A DNA stretch of 59,491 nt, from the NCBI GenBank assembly GCA_964549025.1, contig CAZJUE010000001.1:1-59491 (forward strand), read 5' to 3'. The DNA is from an uncultured Anaerolineaceae bacterium. Lineage in GTDB: Bacteria > Chloroflexota > Anaerolineae > Anaerolineales > E44-bin32. Shown piece by piece: positions 1 through 11,604 of this stretch; position 1 is the first letter of the stretch; each line of letters starts with the position of its first letter. The notes under the pieces are model-generated. The model saw only the letters and a program-made list of their open reading frames with translations. It ran no database searches and was not told the origin of the DNA. Position numbers and translations under genes: made by a program.

Positions 1-42
1 CCAGATCTTGGTCATCGGTGGCTTTTGCTTGGCAGGAAGGGG

Positions 43-1044
43 TCAGTCTCGCAGCGCCCGCCCGGTCAGGTCGAGGAACACCGCTTCCAGATCCGGTTCC
101 TTGACCTCCACCGATTGGATCTCCAGGCCCGACCGCTCGGTCAGCTGGATCAAATCTGGCAGCGCCTTGCGGCCACGCTTGGCCCGCACGATCAACAGCC
201 CGCTGACATTGGCTTCGAGCTCTCCCTCTTCGCCGGGCGGGTCAAAAACCGCCTGCGTGATGCCCTCGATCTCAGTTTGCATACGCTGAAGCAGGCTGTC
301 ATTGATCGTCTGGTCGCCCACCTTGAACACCAGCTGATCCTGCTCGCCGACCAGCTGGATCAATTCGCCCTGGGTTCCCAATGCGATGATCTCGCCATGA
401 TCGATGATGCCTACCCGGTCGCTGAGCTCCTGGGCTTCCTCCATCAGGTGGGTGGTGTAGAGCACGGTCATGCCGTATTCGTCGCGCAGTTGCTTGACCT
501 GGTCGAGGATCCGGCGCCGGCTCTGGGGGTCGATGCCGACCGTCGGCTCGTCCATGTAGACCAATTGCGGACGGTGCAGCAGGCCGACTCCCACGTTCAA
601 GCGGCGCTTCATGCCGCCTGAGAACGAGTCCACCTTGTCGTTCTGCCGCTGGGCCAAGCCGACGAACTCGAGCATCTCATCGACCCGCTCGCCCAATTGA
701 GCGCCACCCAGCCCATACAGCCGGCCGAAGAACTCTAGATTCTGACGGGCGCTCAAGCTGGGGTACAGCGCCACCTCTTGTGGAACTACACCCATCAGTT
801 TCTTGGCTTCCAGCGGCTGCTTGGAAATCGAGAAGCCTCCGATGGTCGCATCGCCGCGAGTAGGCTCCAGCAGCCCGCTGATCATCGAGATGGTGGTGGT
901 CTTCCCGGCGCCATTGGGGCCGAGCAGGCTGAAGATCTCGCCCTTGTGGATCTGCAGGTCGATGCCTTTAACCGCTTCAATATCGTCGCCATTCGACCCG
1001 AAGTAGGTTTTAGCCAGATCGTGGGTCTCGATCATCATATCCAT
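43..1044 (-). CDS. ABC transporter ATP-binding protein (ABC-2 / exporter type)
   Basis: ORF 43..1167 has Walker A GPNGAGKTT, ABC signature FSGGMKRRL and Walker B LVYMDEPT. Start trimmed to MDMMIETH (ATG 1042-1044) because the upstream 41 codons run into the rhodanese gene end. Confidence 0.9.
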   Translation of the reverse strand: MDMMIETHDLAKTYFGSNGDDIEAVKGIDLQIHKGEIFSLLGPNGAGKTTTISMISGLLEPTRGDATIGGFSISKQPLEAKKLMGVVPQEVALYPSLSARQNLEFFGRLYGLGGAQLGERVDEMLEFVGLAQRQNDKVDSFSGGMKRRLNVGVGLLHRPQLVYMDEPTVGIDPQSRRRILDQVKQLRDEYGMTVLYTTHLMEEAQELSDRVGIIDHGEIIALGTQGELIQLVGEQDQLVFKVGDQTINDSLLQRMQTEIEGITQAVFDPPGEEGELEANVSGLLIVRAKRGRKALPDLIQLTERSGLEIQSVEVKEPDLEAVFLDLTGRALRD

Positions 1045-1093
1045 TGGTTCACGCTTCCTGAGGGGATTCGGCGGGTGGTTGGGTGCGGCCGCG

Positions 1094-1492
1094 CTAGGCC
1101 AGTACGCCCTCCAGCGGGTAGCCGGCTTGCTCCCACTCGGCCAGTCCGCCAGAGAACCGCTGGACATGCTTGTAGCCCCGGTTTTCCAGAAGGTTGTAGG
1201 CCATCATGCTGGCCGGGCAGAGCCGATCCGAGCAATACACGACGATTTCTTCGTCAGGGTCGAGTTCCTCCAGCAGCGTTTCCGGCTCGTGCAGGTCGAT
1301 AGATCCCGGGATGTGCTTGCCCTGAAAAGCCAGGTCACCCAGCGTCATGACCAGCCGGAACTGATCTCCACGATCCAGTTTGGCTTTGAGTTCCTCAGCG
1401 CTGATCTCGTTCACTGCAATCCCTAGGGACCGTTCCTGGCCAGCATTATAGAAGATAGCTGAGTCGATCTCGGCAGGAATTTTCCCTGCCAA
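1094..1492 (-). CDS. Rhodanese-like sulfurtransferase domain protein
   Basis: 132 aa single-domain protein with GKHIPGSI and active-site loop VVYCSDRLCPAS, typical of rhodanese. Confidence 0.8.
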   Translation of the reverse strand: MAGKIPAEIDSAIFYNAGQERSLGIAVNEISAEELKAKLDRGDQFRLVMTLGDLAFQGKHIPGSIDLHEPETLLEELDPDEEIVVYCSDRLCPASMMAYNLLENRGYKHVQRFSGGLAEWEQAGYPLEGVLA

Positions 1493-1591
1493 GCTGCGTG
1501 AAATCAGAAAGCGCCCGCAAGCGGGCGCTAGTGGCTGATGAAAGGGTGCGGGCGGGCTCTCTGCGCGGCCACAGCGGCGCGCGCGCGGCGA

Positions 1592-2191
1592 TTAGCCCAG
1601 TGGCGACTCGCCGGCGGCTTCGGGGCGGAAGTAGGGGTTGGCGCCGCTCGCGTGGTCGGTGGTATCGACGATCGACTGGATGGCGGGGATCGCCTCAGTG
1701 ATCATCTGCTCGACTCCCTGGCGCAGCGTTACGCTGGCCATACCGCAACCCTGGCATCCTCCACCCATCGATACGTAGGCCACGCCCTCGCGCACGTCCA
1801 GCAGCGTGACCTGCCCGCCGTGCATGGCGATGGCCGGATTGATCTGGCGCTCGATGAGCTGGTGCACTTCGGCCCCCGCGGGTTCGTGCCAGAGTGGGTT
1901 CGGATTCTCCATCGAGAAGCCGGCCTCGTCCTCGTATTCCAAGCTGGCGCCCTTCAGGTAGCGGGCGCTGATCGGATCGATGAGCAGTTCCAGCCCGTCG
2001 ACGGCCTGCACCAGGTCTTCGGGTTCGCGCAGTGTTTCGGGCACGAAACTCAGACGATAGCGAAATTCGTCCTCCGATCTGCCGACGATCTCAATTCGCA
2101 GCGAGAGGTCGGAGCGGTCCACAATCTGGGCGCGCTCTTCAATCTGCTCGCGGGCGGCTGGACTGATTTCGAGCGTTTTTTGCTGCATCAC
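1592..2191 (-). CDS. nfuA: Fe-S cluster biogenesis protein NfuA-type (degenerate A-type N-domain plus Nfu C-domain)
   Basis: C-terminal INPAIAMHGGQVTLLDV...GGGCQGCGMASVTLRQGVE matches the Nfu CxxC scaffold motif. Length of 199 aa and two-domain layout match NfuA. Confidence 0.85.
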   Translation of the reverse strand: MMQQKTLEISPAAREQIEERAQIVDRSDLSLRIEIVGRSEDEFRYRLSFVPETLREPEDLVQAVDGLELLIDPISARYLKGASLEYEDEAGFSMENPNPLWHEPAGAEVHQLIERQINPAIAMHGGQVTLLDVREGVAYVSMGGGCQGCGMASVTLRQGVEQMITEAIPAIQSIVDTTDHASGANPYFRPEAAGESPLG

Positions 2192-2310
2192 TATTACTTA
2201 TTGTAACGATTCCTGGAGCGCTTTGCGGGGAACTGCCACGATTCAACCCGGCGAGCCGCCGGGCGGGAGCATAATAGAATGAGTTTGCGTCGTAGAAGTG
2301 AGGCCATCAC

Positions 2311-3435
2311 ATGACTGAAGCCCCCAGCTTTCCCCAACTCGAATCGGTCTCGCGCCTGCTGCTCGGCCCCGGCCCCAGCAACGTGCATCCACGGGTGATG
2401 CAAGCCATGAGCGCGCCAGTGGTCGGCCACCTGGACCCGGTGTTCTTGGCGACCATGGATCGCATCCAGCAGCTGCTGAGGTACGTGTTCCAGACCGAGA
2501 ATCAACTGACCATTCCGGTCTCAGGCACCGGCAGCGCGGCGATGGAAACCGCGCTGTGCAATCTGATCGAGCCGGGCGATGCCGTGCTGGTTTGTGTGTG
2601 CGGCTTCTTTGGGGAACGCATTGCTGAGATGGCGCGGCGCTACCGGGCCGATCTGGAGGTGCTGAATCGACCGTGGGGAGAGGTGTTCACCGCCGAGGAA
2701 GTCGAGCAGGCTCTGAAGCAACGACCGGCGAAACTGGTGGCGGTGGTGCACGGCGAGACCTCGACTGGCGCCCAGCAGCCTCTGGAGGATTTGGCGCAGG
2801 TTGCGCAACAACATGGGACGCTGTTGGTGGTGGATGCGGTGGCGACGTTGGGAGGAGTGCCGCTCAAAGTGGATGAGCTGGGCATCGATGTGTGCTACAG
2901 CGGCAGCCAGAAATGCCTGAGCGTACCCCCGGGGCTGGGGCCGATCACCATGAGCTCGCGAGCTGCGCAAACGCTTGCCGAGCGCAAGACTCCGGTAGGG
3001 AATTGGTATTTCGATCTGAGTGGCGTGCTGCAGTATTGGGGGAAGGAACGGACCTATCACCACACCGCCCCGATCTCGGCCAACTTTGCCCTCTATGAAG
3101 GTCTGCGGATCGTGGCCGAGGAAGGATTGGAGGCCCGCTGGGAGCGACACCGTCGCTGCGCCGAGATGCTGTGGGAGGGGCTGGCCGAGCTCGATATGAC
3201 CATGCTGATCCCGGAGGCGCATCGCATGATCACAGTGACGACGGTTGGCGTGCCGGAGGGAGTGGACGAGCTGGCTATGCGCCGGCGCCTGAGCGAGCGG
3301 TACAACATCCAGATCGCCGGTGGACTGGGCGCCTTCAAGGGCAAGGCCTGGCGCATCGGTCTGATGGGTCATTCGGCGCAGGAGCGCAATGTCCGCATGC
3401 TATTGGCTGCGCTGGATGACGTGCTCCATGGCTGA
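2311..3435 (+). CDS. Class V aminotransferase (serine-pyruvate / alanine-glyoxylate aminotransferase family)
   Basis: 374 aa with LLLGPGPSNVHPRV N-terminus and PLP-lysine motif SGSQKCLSVPPGLGP. Confidence 0.85.
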   Translation: MTEAPSFPQLESVSRLLLGPGPSNVHPRVMQAMSAPVVGHLDPVFLATMDRIQQLLRYVFQTENQLTIPVSGTGSAAMETALCNLIEPGDAVLVCVCGFFGERIAEMARRYRADLEVLNRPWGEVFTAEEVEQALKQRPAKLVAVVHGETSTGAQQPLEDLAQVAQQHGTLLVVDAVATLGGVPLKVDELGIDVCYSGSQKCLSVPPGLGPITMSSRAAQTLAERKTPVGNWYFDLSGVLQYWGKERTYHHTAPISANFALYEGLRIVAEEGLEARWERHRRCAEMLWEGLAELDMTMLIPEAHRMITVTTVGVPEGVDELAMRRRLSERYNIQIAGGLGAFKGKAWRIGLMGHSAQERNVRMLLAALDDVLHG

Positions 3436-3520
3436 GCAAGCGGCCGCTGATTTGGGGTTGGGCGTGCATCCTTCCCGCCGTCGACATGAATGCGCCGTTT
3501 GAAAGCTACGCCGTTGGGGC

Positions 3521-3548
3521 TTGACAATCTGACCAGGATTAGTACAAT
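3521..3548 (+). promoter_or_regulatory. Sigma-70-type promoter upstream of ssb
   Basis: TTGACA (3521-3526), 16-nt spacer, TACAAT (3543-3548). Followed by an 11-bp perfect stem GCTCCAAGAGC-gcc-GCTCTTGGAGC in the leader. Confidence 0.5.
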
Positions 3549-3658
3549 TGTTCTAGTGCGGTGGGGCAACGCAACGGCTCCAAGAGCGCCGCTCTTGGAG
3601 CTCCGCACGGCCACCCGGGCCGGAAACGAATATTGACCCCCACCGGAAGGGAGATCCC

Positions 3659-4060
3659 ATGTATCACAAGATCGTTCTGGTTGGCAATCTCGGGCGAGAT
3701 CCCGAGATGCGGTACACGCCGAGTGGCCAGGCGGTAACCAATATGTCGGTCGCCACCAACCGGCGCTATACCGACAGCTCCGGAGAGCAGCGCGATGAGA
3801 CCGTATGGTTCCGTGTTTCTGTCTGGGGCCGGCAAGCCGAGACCGTCCACCAATACCTGCGCAAAGGTCGACAGGTACTGGTCGAAGGGCGCATGGTTCC
3901 GGATGAGAATGGCAACCCCCGAATCTGGAACCGGCAGGATGGATCACCGGCAGCCTCATTTGAGGTGAACGCGCAGACCGTGAAGTTCCTGGGTGGCCGA
4001 GACGACAACTTCGCCACCGAGGAGATGGGTCCCGCCACCGAGGATGAGATCCCCTTCTAG
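3659..4060 (+). CDS. ssb: Single-stranded DNA-binding protein
   Basis: OB-fold N-terminus VGNLGRDPEMRYTPSGQAVTN...WFRVSVWGRQAE and acidic C-terminal tip EDEIPF. Confidence 0.95.
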   Translation: MYHKIVLVGNLGRDPEMRYTPSGQAVTNMSVATNRRYTDSSGEQRDETVWFRVSVWGRQAETVHQYLRKGRQVLVEGRMVPDENGNPRIWNRQDGSPAASFEVNAQTVKFLGGRDDNFATEEMGPATEDEIPF

Positions 4061-4069
4061 ACAACCTGC

Positions 4070-4098
4070 AAGGCCCTCAAGCTCAGCTTGAGGGCCTT
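4070..4098 (+). terminator. Stem-loop after ssb (possible weak terminator or attenuator)
   Basis: 13-bp perfect stem AAGGCCCTCAAGC-tca-GCTTGAGGGCCTT. The downstream T-run is poor (ccccatattt). Confidence 0.45.
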
Positions 4099-4123
4099 CC
4101 CCATATTTACGGAGCAGCGAGAG

Positions 4124-4435
4124 ATGTCCACGCAACCTAAGGGAAAGGTGCAGGTGCACGTGCCTGCCAACCTGTCCCCCATCTATGCCAACTTCGCTAT
4201 GGTCACCAACTCGGCCTCGGAGATCGTGCTTGATTTCGCCCAGGTGATGCCACGCGTGCCACGGGCGATGGTGCGGGCTCGGGTGGTGATGACCGCGCTA
4301 AACGCCAAATTGCTGATGCGGGCGCTGACCGAGCACGTCGCACGCTACGAGTCGCAGTTCGGCGAGATCCAGGTTCCGGAAGGACCTCACCTGGCGGACC
4401 AGCTGTTCAAAGGCATTCCGCCGGAAGGCGAGTAA
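4124..4435 (+). CDS. DUF3467-like small protein
   Basis: PIYANFAMVTNSASEIVLDFAQV resembles the DUF3467 core as I remember it. ATG 4124 is preceded by GGAG. Confidence 0.65.
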   Translation: MSTQPKGKVQVHVPANLSPIYANFAMVTNSASEIVLDFAQVMPRVPRAMVRARVVMTALNAKLLMRALTEHVARYESQFGEIQVPEGPHLADQLFKGIPPEGE

Positions 4436-4439
4436 GCCA

Positions 4440-5081
4440 ATGGATAGGTTGGAGGAGTTTGGCGAGCGAATCCTGACCTATCTGGAAGCCAAGAACCAGG
4501 CGCGCGACGCGGCGCTGCAGCGGTCGCGTACGCTGATCCGGCACTGCGCCACCGCCATACGAGCCGCTCACCGCGAAGATCGCAAGCAGGCCCGCCAAGA
4601 ACTCGATCAGGCCAGACAGCTGGTGGAAGTGCTGCGTGACGAGTTAGCTCCCTTCCCGGATCTGTATCACGCCGGCTATACCCAGGACGCGCTCAAGGAG
4701 TACGCGGAAGCTTCGATCGTGTACGCATTGTTGGCGGCCGATCCGCTACCCGACCCGGATGAACTGCGGATCGAGTACGCTGCCTACCTGGGTGGATTGA
4801 GCGAGGCAGTCGGTGAGCTGCGGCGGCGTGCGCTTGACGTCTTGCGCCACGATCAATTCGAGGAGGCCGAGCGACTGCTGTCTATCATGGACGACATCTA
4901 CGGCCTGCTAGTAACGGTCGATTTCCCGGACGCCATCACCGGCAAGCTGCGACGGTTGACCGACCTGGTGCGCGGCTTGGTAGAGCGCACCCGCGGCGAT
5001 CTGACCACCAGCGTGCAGCAAGGCGAGTTGAAGGACGCCCTGCGATCGCTGGAAGAGCAGCTGGGCCGGGAGCCGGATTAG
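4440..5081 (+). CDS. Translin-family protein
   Basis: All-helical 213 aa protein with YLGGLSEAVGELRRRALD, matching the translin/TRAX YLxGLxDxxGELxR motif from memory. Confidence 0.65.
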   Translation: MDRLEEFGERILTYLEAKNQARDAALQRSRTLIRHCATAIRAAHREDRKQARQELDQARQLVEVLRDELAPFPDLYHAGYTQDALKEYAEASIVYALLAADPLPDPDELRIEYAAYLGGLSEAVGELRRRALDVLRHDQFEEAERLLSIMDDIYGLLVTVDFPDAITGKLRRLTDLVRGLVERTRGDLTTSVQQGELKDALRSLEEQLGREPD

Positions 5082-5084
5082 GCT

Positions 5085-5981
5085 GTGAGCCAGCCCAACC
5101 AGGCCAACATCCCTGCCAAACGGTTGGCGGTGCTTGCCAATCCACAGCTGGAGCACGCCACTCGGCTCGCCAAGACCATTGCCGAGCGCTTGGGTGCTCT
5201 CGAGCGATCCGCCTTTTGGGGTGAGATCCATGACGAGCAAACGCGCGGCAGGCTGGCGGATGACCCGTTGGATCTGACCATTGCGCTCGGCGGCGACGGA
5301 ACCATGTTGCGCGCCGGGCACTTGTGTGCCCCACTCGGCATCCCGATCCTGGGGATCAACATGGGCCGCCTGGGGTTTCTGACCGAAGTGCAGCAGGATG
5401 GCTGGGAAAGCGCCATCGATCGGGTGGTCGCCGGAGACTACTGGCTGGAAGAGCGGATGATGCTGCAGGCCGCCCATCTGCGTGGCGAGCAAACGCTCGG
5501 AACCTGGGAGGTGCTCAACGAGTGCTTTGTCGGCCGTGGCAGCGTGGTGCGTCCGGTCGATCTGACCGCCGAGGTCGATGGGCGCTACCTGACCACTTTC
5601 GTGGCGGATGGGTTGATCGCCGCCACCCCAACTGGTTCGACCGCCTACGCATTGGCTGCTGGAGGGCCGATTCTGCCGCCGGAATTGCGCAATATCCTGT
5701 TGGTTCCGGTAGCGCCGCACCTGTCGGTCGATCGAGCGGTGGTGTTGCACGAGGGATCTGCGGTTCGCATCACGGTGAGCACAGCCCATCAAGCGATCCT
5801 CAGCATCGACGGCGGCGAGCCGGTGGTGGTCGAAGACCAGGACAGCATCGAAGTGCGAGCCGGCAGCCATGTAGTCCACTTCGCCAGGCTGCAGGACCCC
5901 GGTTACTTCTATCGCAATCTGACTTCTTGGATGAATCCCTCCCGCGTCAGCAAAGCCGGCAAAGGCGCGGCCGTCGGATGA
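5085..5981 (+). CDS. nadK: NAD kinase
   Basis: GGDGTMLRA and GINMGRLGFLTE motifs. GTG start at 5085, 3 nt after the translin stop. Confidence 0.9.
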   Translation: MSQPNQANIPAKRLAVLANPQLEHATRLAKTIAERLGALERSAFWGEIHDEQTRGRLADDPLDLTIALGGDGTMLRAGHLCAPLGIPILGINMGRLGFLTEVQQDGWESAIDRVVAGDYWLEERMMLQAAHLRGEQTLGTWEVLNECFVGRGSVVRPVDLTAEVDGRYLTTFVADGLIAATPTGSTAYALAAGGPILPPELRNILLVPVAPHLSVDRAVVLHEGSAVRITVSTAHQAILSIDGGEPVVVEDQDSIEVRAGSHVVHFARLQDPGYFYRNLTSWMNPSRVSKAGKGAAVG

Positions 5982-6499
5982 CCGATGTGGTACTGGTCTG
6001 TGCCAATCACCCCGACCGCGAAACCAGCTTGCGCTGCAACCGCTGCGGCAAGCCAATTTGCGTCAGCTGTGCAGTGCAAACCCCGGTCGGCTATCGCTGC
6101 AAGGAGTGCATCCGCGGTCAGCAGGCCAAGTTTGAGACCGCCGGGTACCTGCGATTGGTTGCGGTGGCGCTCATCGCCGCCGTGGGAGCCAGTATCGGCG
6201 CCTTCCTGCTTGGTTTCCTGGGTTTCTGGGGATTGCTGCTCGCGCCGGTTGCTGGAGGCGGCATCGCTGAAATCGTGCGCCGGGCCGTTCGGCGGCGCCA
6301 CAGCCGCCGGTTGCCGGTGGCGGCTGCGGCAGGAGCAGTGGTCGGCGTGCTGGCCTATCTGGCTGTTCAGTACGCACCAGCCGTGCTGCTGGGTGGATTC
6401 AATCTGGCGCAGTTCGGTTTCGGCCTGCTGTGGCCGGTGGCGCACGGCGTGCTGATGATTGGGGCGCTGTACGCACGCCTGCGCGGTATTCGACTGTAA
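5978..6499 (+). CDS. B-box-type zinc-finger membrane protein
   Basis: N-terminal CANHPDRETSLRCNRCGKPICVSCAVQTPVGYRCKEC Cys/His cluster followed by about 4 hydrophobic helices. ATG 5978 overlaps the nadK stop (ATGA). Confidence 0.65.
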   Translation: MTDVVLVCANHPDRETSLRCNRCGKPICVSCAVQTPVGYRCKECIRGQQAKFETAGYLRLVAVALIAAVGASIGAFLLGFLGFWGLLLAPVAGGGIAEIVRRAVRRRHSRRLPVAAAAGAVVGVLAYLAVQYAPAVLLGGFNLAQFGFGLLWPVAHGVLMIGALYARLRGIRL

Positions 6500-6505
6500 A
6501 GCCAT

Positions 6506-8221
6506 ATGCTCAAACAGCTGCGCATCACGGACTTCGCCATCATCCACGAGCTGGAATTGGATTTCCAGCCTGGCTTCACGGTGCTTACCGGCGAGACCGG
6601 TGCCGGCAAGTCGATCATCATCGATGCGGTCGAATTGCTGCTGGGGGGGCGTGCCGAGGCCAGCATGCTGCGCCAAGGCGCCGACCTGGCGATCGTGGAA
6701 GGGGTGTTTGAGATCGATTTGCCGGAGGTGCGTGGTCAGCTTGAGCAGGAGGACCTGCTCGACGATCCGGACACGCTGGTGCTGGCGCGCGAGATCCGTC
6801 GGGAGGGCCGCAACCTGTGCCGGGTGAACGGTCGGGTGGTCAACCTGGCGCTGCTGCGCTCGCTGGGGGAGTGGCTGGTGGACGTGCACGGGCAGTCCGA
6901 GCATCTCAGCCTATTGCGGGTCAAGGAACATCTGCCGATCCTGGATCGCTTCGGCGAGCTTGATATCAGCGAGTACCGAACTGCCTACCGGCGGCACAAT
7001 AAGCTGCGCGGCGAGATCGAACAGCTGCAGTCTGCTGAGCACGAGCGGGCCCGTAGGGAAGACCTGTTGCGCTACCAGATCAACGAAATCGAAGCCGCCG
7101 GCCTGGCATCCGGCGAGCTGTCGGAGTTGCAGGCCGAGCGGGACCGGTTGGCCAATGCCGAGAAATTGGCCGGGCTGGCGCTCAATGCGCTGGAGGCGCT
7201 GGAGGGGGATTCCGGCAGTGGAAGTTCCACATTGGACCGACTGGCCGATTCGACCGGGGCCTTGTTAGGTTTGGCAGAGGTCGACGCCAGCATGCGGCCA
7301 ACCGCCGAACGAGCCCAGGGATTGACCGAAGAGATCAGCGAATTGGCAGGCGAGCTGCAAGACTATCTCGAACAGGCCCAGCCAGATCCGATCCGGCTGG
7401 ACGAGGTTGAGGCCCGCCTCGGCTTGATCAAGGACTTGCAGCGCAAATACGGAGACGACATCCCGGCCGTCCTGGAATACGCCGCACAGGCGGCTGAAGA
7501 GCTGGAGAATGTGGTGGATTCCGAGCGGCGGCTGAGCGAACTGCGCAGTGAGCGCAGTCGCCTGCTACAGCAGCTGGGGTCGCTGGGCCCGGCTTTGTCC
7601 GGCCAGCGACGCCAGGCCGCTGTCGAACTGTCCCGCTTGATTGTCCGGGAATTGGACGAACTGCACATGGAAGGTGCGCGCTTTGAAGTGCGGCTGGAGT
7701 GGGCTGACCACCAGGACGGGGTGCAAGTCGACGACCGCAAGGTCGGCTTCGGCTCCCGCGGATTGGATCAGATCGAATTCCTGATTGCGCCCAACCCGGG
7801 TGAGGGCTTGAAGCCGCTGGTCAAAGTGGCCTCCGGCGGAGAGACCTCCCGGCTGATGCTCGGGCTGAAGAGCGTGCTCGTGCGTGCCGATCGTCGACCG
7901 ACGTTGATCTTCGACGAGATCGATCAAGGCATCGGCGGCCGGGTGGGGGCGGTGGTGGGCGGCAAACTCAGGCAGCTGGCCAACGACCACCAGGTACTGT
8001 GCGTTACCCATCTGCCGCAACTGGCGGCCTGCGCCGATCAGCACCTGCGGGTGGAGAAACAGGTCGACGCCGGCCGCACGCTGACCACCGCGCACCAACT
8101 GGCACCCGAGGCACGACTGGCCGAGCTGGCAGAGATGCTGGGTGGCGATAGCCCGGCGAACCGCCGCTCGGCAGAAGCGCTGCTGGCGGAAGCCAGGCGC
8201 ACCGTAACGCAGCCCGCGTAA
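6506..8221 (+). CDS. recN: DNA repair protein RecN
   Basis: N-terminal Walker A GETGAGKS, long coiled-coil middle and C-terminal SGGETSRLMLGLK...LIFDEIDQGIGG (SMC-like signature and Walker B). Confidence 0.95.
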   Translation: MLKQLRITDFAIIHELELDFQPGFTVLTGETGAGKSIIIDAVELLLGGRAEASMLRQGADLAIVEGVFEIDLPEVRGQLEQEDLLDDPDTLVLAREIRREGRNLCRVNGRVVNLALLRSLGEWLVDVHGQSEHLSLLRVKEHLPILDRFGELDISEYRTAYRRHNKLRGEIEQLQSAEHERARREDLLRYQINEIEAAGLASGELSELQAERDRLANAEKLAGLALNALEALEGDSGSGSSTLDRLADSTGALLGLAEVDASMRPTAERAQGLTEEISELAGELQDYLEQAQPDPIRLDEVEARLGLIKDLQRKYGDDIPAVLEYAAQAAEELENVVDSERRLSELRSERSRLLQQLGSLGPALSGQRRQAAVELSRLIVRELDELHMEGARFEVRLEWADHQDGVQVDDRKVGFGSRGLDQIEFLIAPNPGEGLKPLVKVASGGETSRLMLGLKSVLVRADRRPTLIFDEIDQGIGGRVGAVVGGKLRQLANDHQVLCVTHLPQLAACADQHLRVEKQVDAGRTLTTAHQLAPEARLAELAEMLGGDSPANRRSAEALLAEARRTVTQPA

Positions 8222-8248
8222 CGCATCTGGCGCTGCACCAAAGCAAAA

Positions 8249-8282
8249 CGCCCGGAGCCACAGTGGCTCCGGGCGCAATTTT
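8249..8282. terminator. Bidirectional rho-independent terminator between recN and clpC
   Basis: CGCCCGGAGCC-acagt-GGCTCCGGGCG stem flanked by aaaa upstream and caatttt downstream. Confidence 0.7.
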
Positions 8283-8299
8283 CGCCTGACCGCGGCTGG

Positions 8300-10774
<2,475 letters not shown>

Positions 10775-10909
10775 TTATGGATCCCTCCTGGCGTGCTTTC
10801 GCACGGATCGGCCGGATTATAGCATTCGGCCCCTTTTGGGGCCTTAGGGGGCGCGTTAGAAATGCGTATGAATCAGGAATTGCGCAGGAACGTGGGCCTG
10901 TGCTGCAGT

Positions 10910-11557
10910 TTAGCGGTCGCGCAGGACGGCAAAGGCAGTGCCATCGCCCGCCGGAAAGACCGAGGCGATCAAGCGCGGATCACCGGCCAGGCGTGCGTTG
11001 AAATCCCGCACGACGTCCACAGTATCCTCGTGGTTTTCCGGATCGGCGACCCGGCCGTGCCGGAAGGCGTTGTGGGCGGCCAGAATCCCGCCGGGCCTCA
11101 GGTTTTCCAGCGTCCAGTCCAGGTAGCTCGGGTAGCCTTGCTTTTCGGCATCGATGAAGACGAAGCCGAACGGACCCTCGGCTGCTAGACCCGGAAGCAG
11201 GTCATGGGCATTGCCGACGCGGATTTCCACTCGATCCGCTACTCCGGCCAGCTCGAAGTGCTCCTGCGACACCGCCGCGTGAGCCGGCTCAACCTCCAGC
11301 GTGATCAACTTGCTGCCCTGGGGCAGGCCGCGGGCAATCCACACTCCGCTGTAGCCTCCCAGGGTGCCGATTTCCACCGCTCGCTGCGCCTGGCTGGTCG
11401 CCGCCAGGAACTGCAGGAAACGGCCCTCCTCCGGCTGCACTGTAATTGCCGGCAGGCCGCGCTGCGGAATGGCCGCCCGGATAGTGGAAAGCAGCTCATC
11501 TTCGGCTGCAAACTCCTGCCGCAGGTAGTGCTCTAGCGCATCGTTGTAAGTGGGCAC
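10910..11557 (-). CDS. Class I SAM-dependent O-methyltransferase (caffeoyl-CoA OMT / YrrM family)
   Basis: 215 aa with VEIGTLGGYSGVWIA SAM-binding motif and FVFIDAEKQGYPSYL, typical of family 3 O-methyltransferases. Confidence 0.8.
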   Translation of the reverse strand: MPTYNDALEHYLRQEFAAEDELLSTIRAAIPQRGLPAITVQPEEGRFLQFLAATSQAQRAVEIGTLGGYSGVWIARGLPQGSKLITLEVEPAHAAVSQEHFELAGVADRVEIRVGNAHDLLPGLAAEGPFGFVFIDAEKQGYPSYLDWTLENLRPGGILAAHNAFRHGRVADPENHEDTVDVVRDFNARLAGDPRLIASVFPAGDGTAFAVLRDR

Positions 11558-11604
11558 GGTACCTCTCTCTCTGGCCGCTGGATTATATCCACTACAATCG
11601 CGGC

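Noticed and set aside
1-15. Possible start (ATG 13-15, minus strand, MTKIW...) of the permease partner downstream of the ABC ATPase.
   Set aside because: Only five codons are inside the window, which is too little to support a feature call.
5324-5977. N-terminal 218 codons of ORF 5324-6499, which would make a 391-aa protein.
   Set aside because: This part overlaps nadK in another frame and is Arg/Gly-rich nonsense. The recognisable B-box protein begins at ATG 5978, coupled to the nadK stop.
4908-6056. Long antisense or alternate-frame ORFs overlapping well-supported genes, for example 4908-6056(-), 5909-6904(-), 7565-8278(-), 27276-28313(+), 28310-29206(-) and 45243-46148(-).
   Set aside because: Their translations are Arg/Pro/Gly/His-rich low-complexity strings with no motifs, and each lies opposite a gene with clear domain signatures. 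These are typical shadow ORFs of high-GC DNA.
8205-8230. Two CGTAACGC copies at the 3' end of recN that resemble the -10 part of the shared promoter-like motif.
   Set aside because: The nearest GGAAGC lies only 9 nt upstream, which is the wrong spacing. The full 19-nt core is not present, and the site is inside or just after a coding region facing a terminator.
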